64,000 bases of DNA, taken from NCBI GenBank assembly GCA_034520565.1, contig JAXHNL010000002.1, forward strand, positions 1,088,001 through 1,152,000, read 5' to 3'. Source of the stretch: Halodesulfurarchaeum sp. (GTDB taxonomy: Archaea; Halobacteriota; Halobacteria; Halobacteriales; Halobacteriaceae). The notes beneath the pieces are model-generated. The model was not told where the DNA came from and searched no databases. It was given only the letters and a program-made list of their open reading frames with translations. Shown here piece after piece: positions 61,451-64,000 of this stretch (position 1 is its first letter; each line of letters starts with the position of its first letter). The position numbers were made by a program, and so were the translations under genes.

Positions 61451-63193
61451 ATGGCCGTCGTACTGATCGGCGAGGGACCGGCTGTCGAATCCGCCGAGGC
61501 GATGCTCGAGGATTCGGACGTGGCAGTTACCCGGGGGAGCCTCGCGGACATCCCGGCGGCCGACCTGGCCATCGTGGTCGGGCTCGCCGGAAGCGAGGGG
61601 TTCGAGACCGCGAACCAGCGGGCGATCGAATCCGAAACGCCCTGGATCGCCGTCGAACTCGGGGGGATCGGTGGCGTGCCAGTGGCCGGACTGTCGGCTG
61701 CGGTCACCACCCTTCAGCCCGGCTACGTTTGCTATCAATGTCTCCGCTCGCGCGTTGCGGCAAACGGGGTCGACGGGGCCGACGAGGCGAGTGCCGAACG
61801 TCCGGCCGCACGACTCGCCGGCTCGTACGCCGGGCTCCAGGCGATTCGGGCGTTTTCTGGCGCGGAGGTCGCCGGCGTGGTCATCGAGGTCCCCTACGGA
61901 GAGCACTCCCTGCTTCCGGTACCGAACTGCCAGCATGCACCGGCCAGCGACCGCTCGCTCTCGCTTTCCGAGCACGATCGCACCCTCGAGAAGGCCATCG
62001 AGGCGGCCGAACGAGCCGTGGGCGGTCGGCTGGGAATCGTGCCCGCAATCGGCGAACACGATTCGTTTCCGCTCCCCTACTATCTCGCGACGGTGACCGA
62101 CACGTCCGGGTTTAGCGACGCCGTCGCTCCCGATCGGGCGGCAGGCGTTGCGCCCACGTGGGACGGCGCGTTCATGAAGGCGCTCGGCGAGGCCCTCGAA
62201 CGCTACAGTGCGGCTGTTTACCGGACCGACGACCTCAAGAGGGTGGCTCCGGCGGCGATCGACGGTCCCAAACTGGAGTCGTACGTCAGCGTCGGCAACG
62301 CTGCTGTTGGAACTGAAACTGGTGCTGACACCGACGCCGGCGCGGACGACTCGGGTGGGACGATTCCGGTCGTCGGCGGCATGGACCTCCACACCGAGAA
62401 CCCGGTCGAGCTTCCCGCTGACCTCGTGTTTTACCCACCACCGGACGGCGAGCACGGCATGGCGATCACGACCGGTCTCGGACTCGGGAGTGGCGGGGTC
62501 GGGGCAGTGCTGTCCGGCCTGTATGAGGTGATCGAGCGGGACGCCACCATGCTCGCCTGGTACTCCACGTTCGAGCCGCTGGGACTGGACGTGAGCGACG
62601 CGACCTTCGAGACGATGGTCGACCGGGTCCGGGGAAACGACCTCTCGGTTACCCCGCTGCTGGTTACCCAGGACGTCGACGTGCCGGTCATCTCAGTTGC
62701 CGTCCATCGCGAGGAGTACCCCCGATTTGCGCTCGGCTCGGCCGCGGACCTCGACGCCGAAACCGCGGCCGTTGACGCCCTTTCGGAGGCAATCCAGAAC
62801 TGGATGGAATTGCGGGATCTCGGACCCGACGAAGCGGCGGATGTCGGCGGCGAGATCGGCAGCTACGCCGAGGATCCGGGCGTCGCCGAATCGATGCTGG
62901 AACCCGCGGAGACCGTTCCGGCTGCCGCCGTCGGTCCCGAGGCCGTTCCCGAGGGCCGGGCCGAACTCGACGCGGTGCTCGATCGGATGGCCGACGCCGA
63001 CCTCGACGCCTTTGCGGCGTCAGTAACACCACGCGACGTCGAGCGGCTTGGATTCACCGCCGTCCGCGTGCTGTCGCCCTCGGCCCAGCCGCTTTTCGTC
63101 GACGAACCGATCTTCGGTGAGCGGGCTCGGACCGTTCCCGCCGACCTCGGGTTCGAACCCCGGCTCGACCGGGCGTTTCACCCCTATCCCTGA
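61451..63193 (+). CDS. ycaO: YcaO-family protein with N-terminal E1/ThiF-like domain (fused cyclodehydratase type)
   Basis: CYQCLRSR and PVPNC in the N-domain; KALGEALERYS, TTGLG.G, GLYEVIERDA ATP motifs; C-terminal FHPYP; GGGAGG RBS before the ATG at 61451. Confidence 0.85.
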   Translation: MAVVLIGEGPAVESAEAMLEDSDVAVTRGSLADIPAADLAIVVGLAGSEGFETANQRAIESETPWIAVELGGIGGVPVAGLSAAVTTLQPGYVCYQCLRSRVAANGVDGADEASAERPAARLAGSYAGLQAIRAFSGAEVAGVVIEVPYGEHSLLPVPNCQHAPASDRSLSLSEHDRTLEKAIEAAERAVGGRLGIVPAIGEHDSFPLPYYLATVTDTSGFSDAVAPDRAAGVAPTWDGAFMKALGEALERYSAAVYRTDDLKRVAPAAIDGPKLESYVSVGNAAVGTETGADTDAGADDSGGTIPVVGGMDLHTENPVELPADLVFYPPPDGEHGMAITTGLGLGSGGVGAVLSGLYEVIERDATMLAWYSTFEPLGLDVSDATFETMVDRVRGNDLSVTPLLVTQDVDVPVISVAVHREEYPRFALGSAADLDAETAAVDALSEAIQNWMELRDLGPDEAADVGGEIGSYAEDPGVAESMLEPAETVPAAAVGPEAVPEGRAELDAVLDRMADADLDAFAASVTPRDVERLGFTAVRVLSPSAQPLFVDEPIFGERARTVPADLGFEPRLDRAFHPYP

Positions 63194-63247
63194 TGTCGTT
63201 GCTCGGGCGTGGGTTTGAATCCTCTCGCTGATAGAATCGACCGGTTC

Positions 63248-64000
63248 TTAGACGCCGAAGGTCGCTCGGAGCATGTCCCGGGTTCCCGGGCCGAGTCCGA
63301 CGGCGACGACCGCGATCAACAGGAGCGTGCTGAAGCGTGGACTTTCGACGATCATTTGCCGATCGAAAAGCCCCGTCACGATCACTGCGGCCGCGATTTT
63401 CAACACCAGGAATCCCCAGGCGACCCCGATGACCGCGGTGACTCCCTCGGGCACGACGCTTATCGTGAGTTCGATGATCCACCGGTTGACCGGGTGTTTC
63501 GGAACCATGTCGGCGACGAGTCCGAGTTCGGCACCCCAGTCGATGGCCAGGACGTTCGCCAGTCCATCGACCGAATGGGCCCAGAGGATCAACCCGCCGA
63601 GAATCGGTGTTCCGCTGGCAACTTCTGGAACGTATCGTCGGATCGCCCACCAGCCCACGCCAGCGATGAGCGTCGCGCCGCCGATCGTCAGGACCGTGAA
63701 ACTCGGATGAAATTCGACTTCCGACGTCGTCGCGGAGAGCCAGACGAGGGCCAAAAGTGTGGCCCCGAGAAACCCGGTCCCGACGATCGCGATCGGCCAG
63801 TCCACCGAATCGGTATAATCCATGTCCCGTAGCCTGAGGGCGAACAGGAGTGTCCCAAGCGCGATGAAGAAGACGGTGAAGTAGATGATCGGGCTGATCA
63901 AAAGCGCGTTCCACGGGAAGGGAACGAGTCCCGCTCCCGTCCCCGTGAGGCTGTTCTGTGCGTCTTCGAGGACCCGGAGTGCTCCGCCGAAGAGCATGAA
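63248..64000 (-). CDS. DUF63-family membrane protein, 5' end outside the window
   Basis: FGGALRVLED, LISP.IY, H.VDG, PKHPV, GLGPGTRD.LR. Confidence 0.85.
   Translation of the reverse strand, partial: FMLFGGALRVLEDAQNSLTGTGAGLVPFPWNALLISPIIYFTVFFIALGTLLFALRLRDMDYTDSVDWPIAIVGTGFLGATLLALVWLSATTSEVEFHPSFTVLTIGGATLIAGVGWWAIRRYVPEVASGTPILGGLILWAHSVDGLANVLAIDWGAELGLVADMVPKHPVNRWIIELTISVVPEGVTAVIGVAWGFLVLKIAAAVIVTGLFDRQMIVESPRFSTLLLIAVVAVGLGPGTRDMLRATFGV

Overview
GC-rich chromosomal segment of a haloarchaeon (class Halobacteria), judged from the very acidic proteins and the archaeal informational genes rps17e, rpl37e, lsm, priS-ginS, cdc48, pelota, aMBF1 and Elp3. It holds about 65 mostly housekeeping CDS and tRNA-Leu(GAG), with no CRISPR array, transposase, integrase or prophage. 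At least 11 otherwise conserved genes (rtcB, panB, pelA, lhr, mutY, an ABC pair, a GT2 and others) are broken by 1-2 nt indels, which is most simply explained by uncorrected long-read errors. The most interesting signals are non-coding: (i) 3 extra copies of the tRNA-Leu 3' end, each heading a ~125-150 bp hairpin module; (ii) a two-hairpin H/ACA guide RNA whose pockets match 23S rRNA, followed by a UUCG-hairpin cassette; (iii) a candidate sRNA with its own TATA box and terminator upstream of a PadR gene; (iv) a 33-bp G-tract tandem repeat just upstream of a Dna2-like nuclease-helicase. An orphan E1-YcaO cyclodehydratase and a ribosome-rescue gene cluster are also notable. Family assignments come from motif recognition, not database searches.
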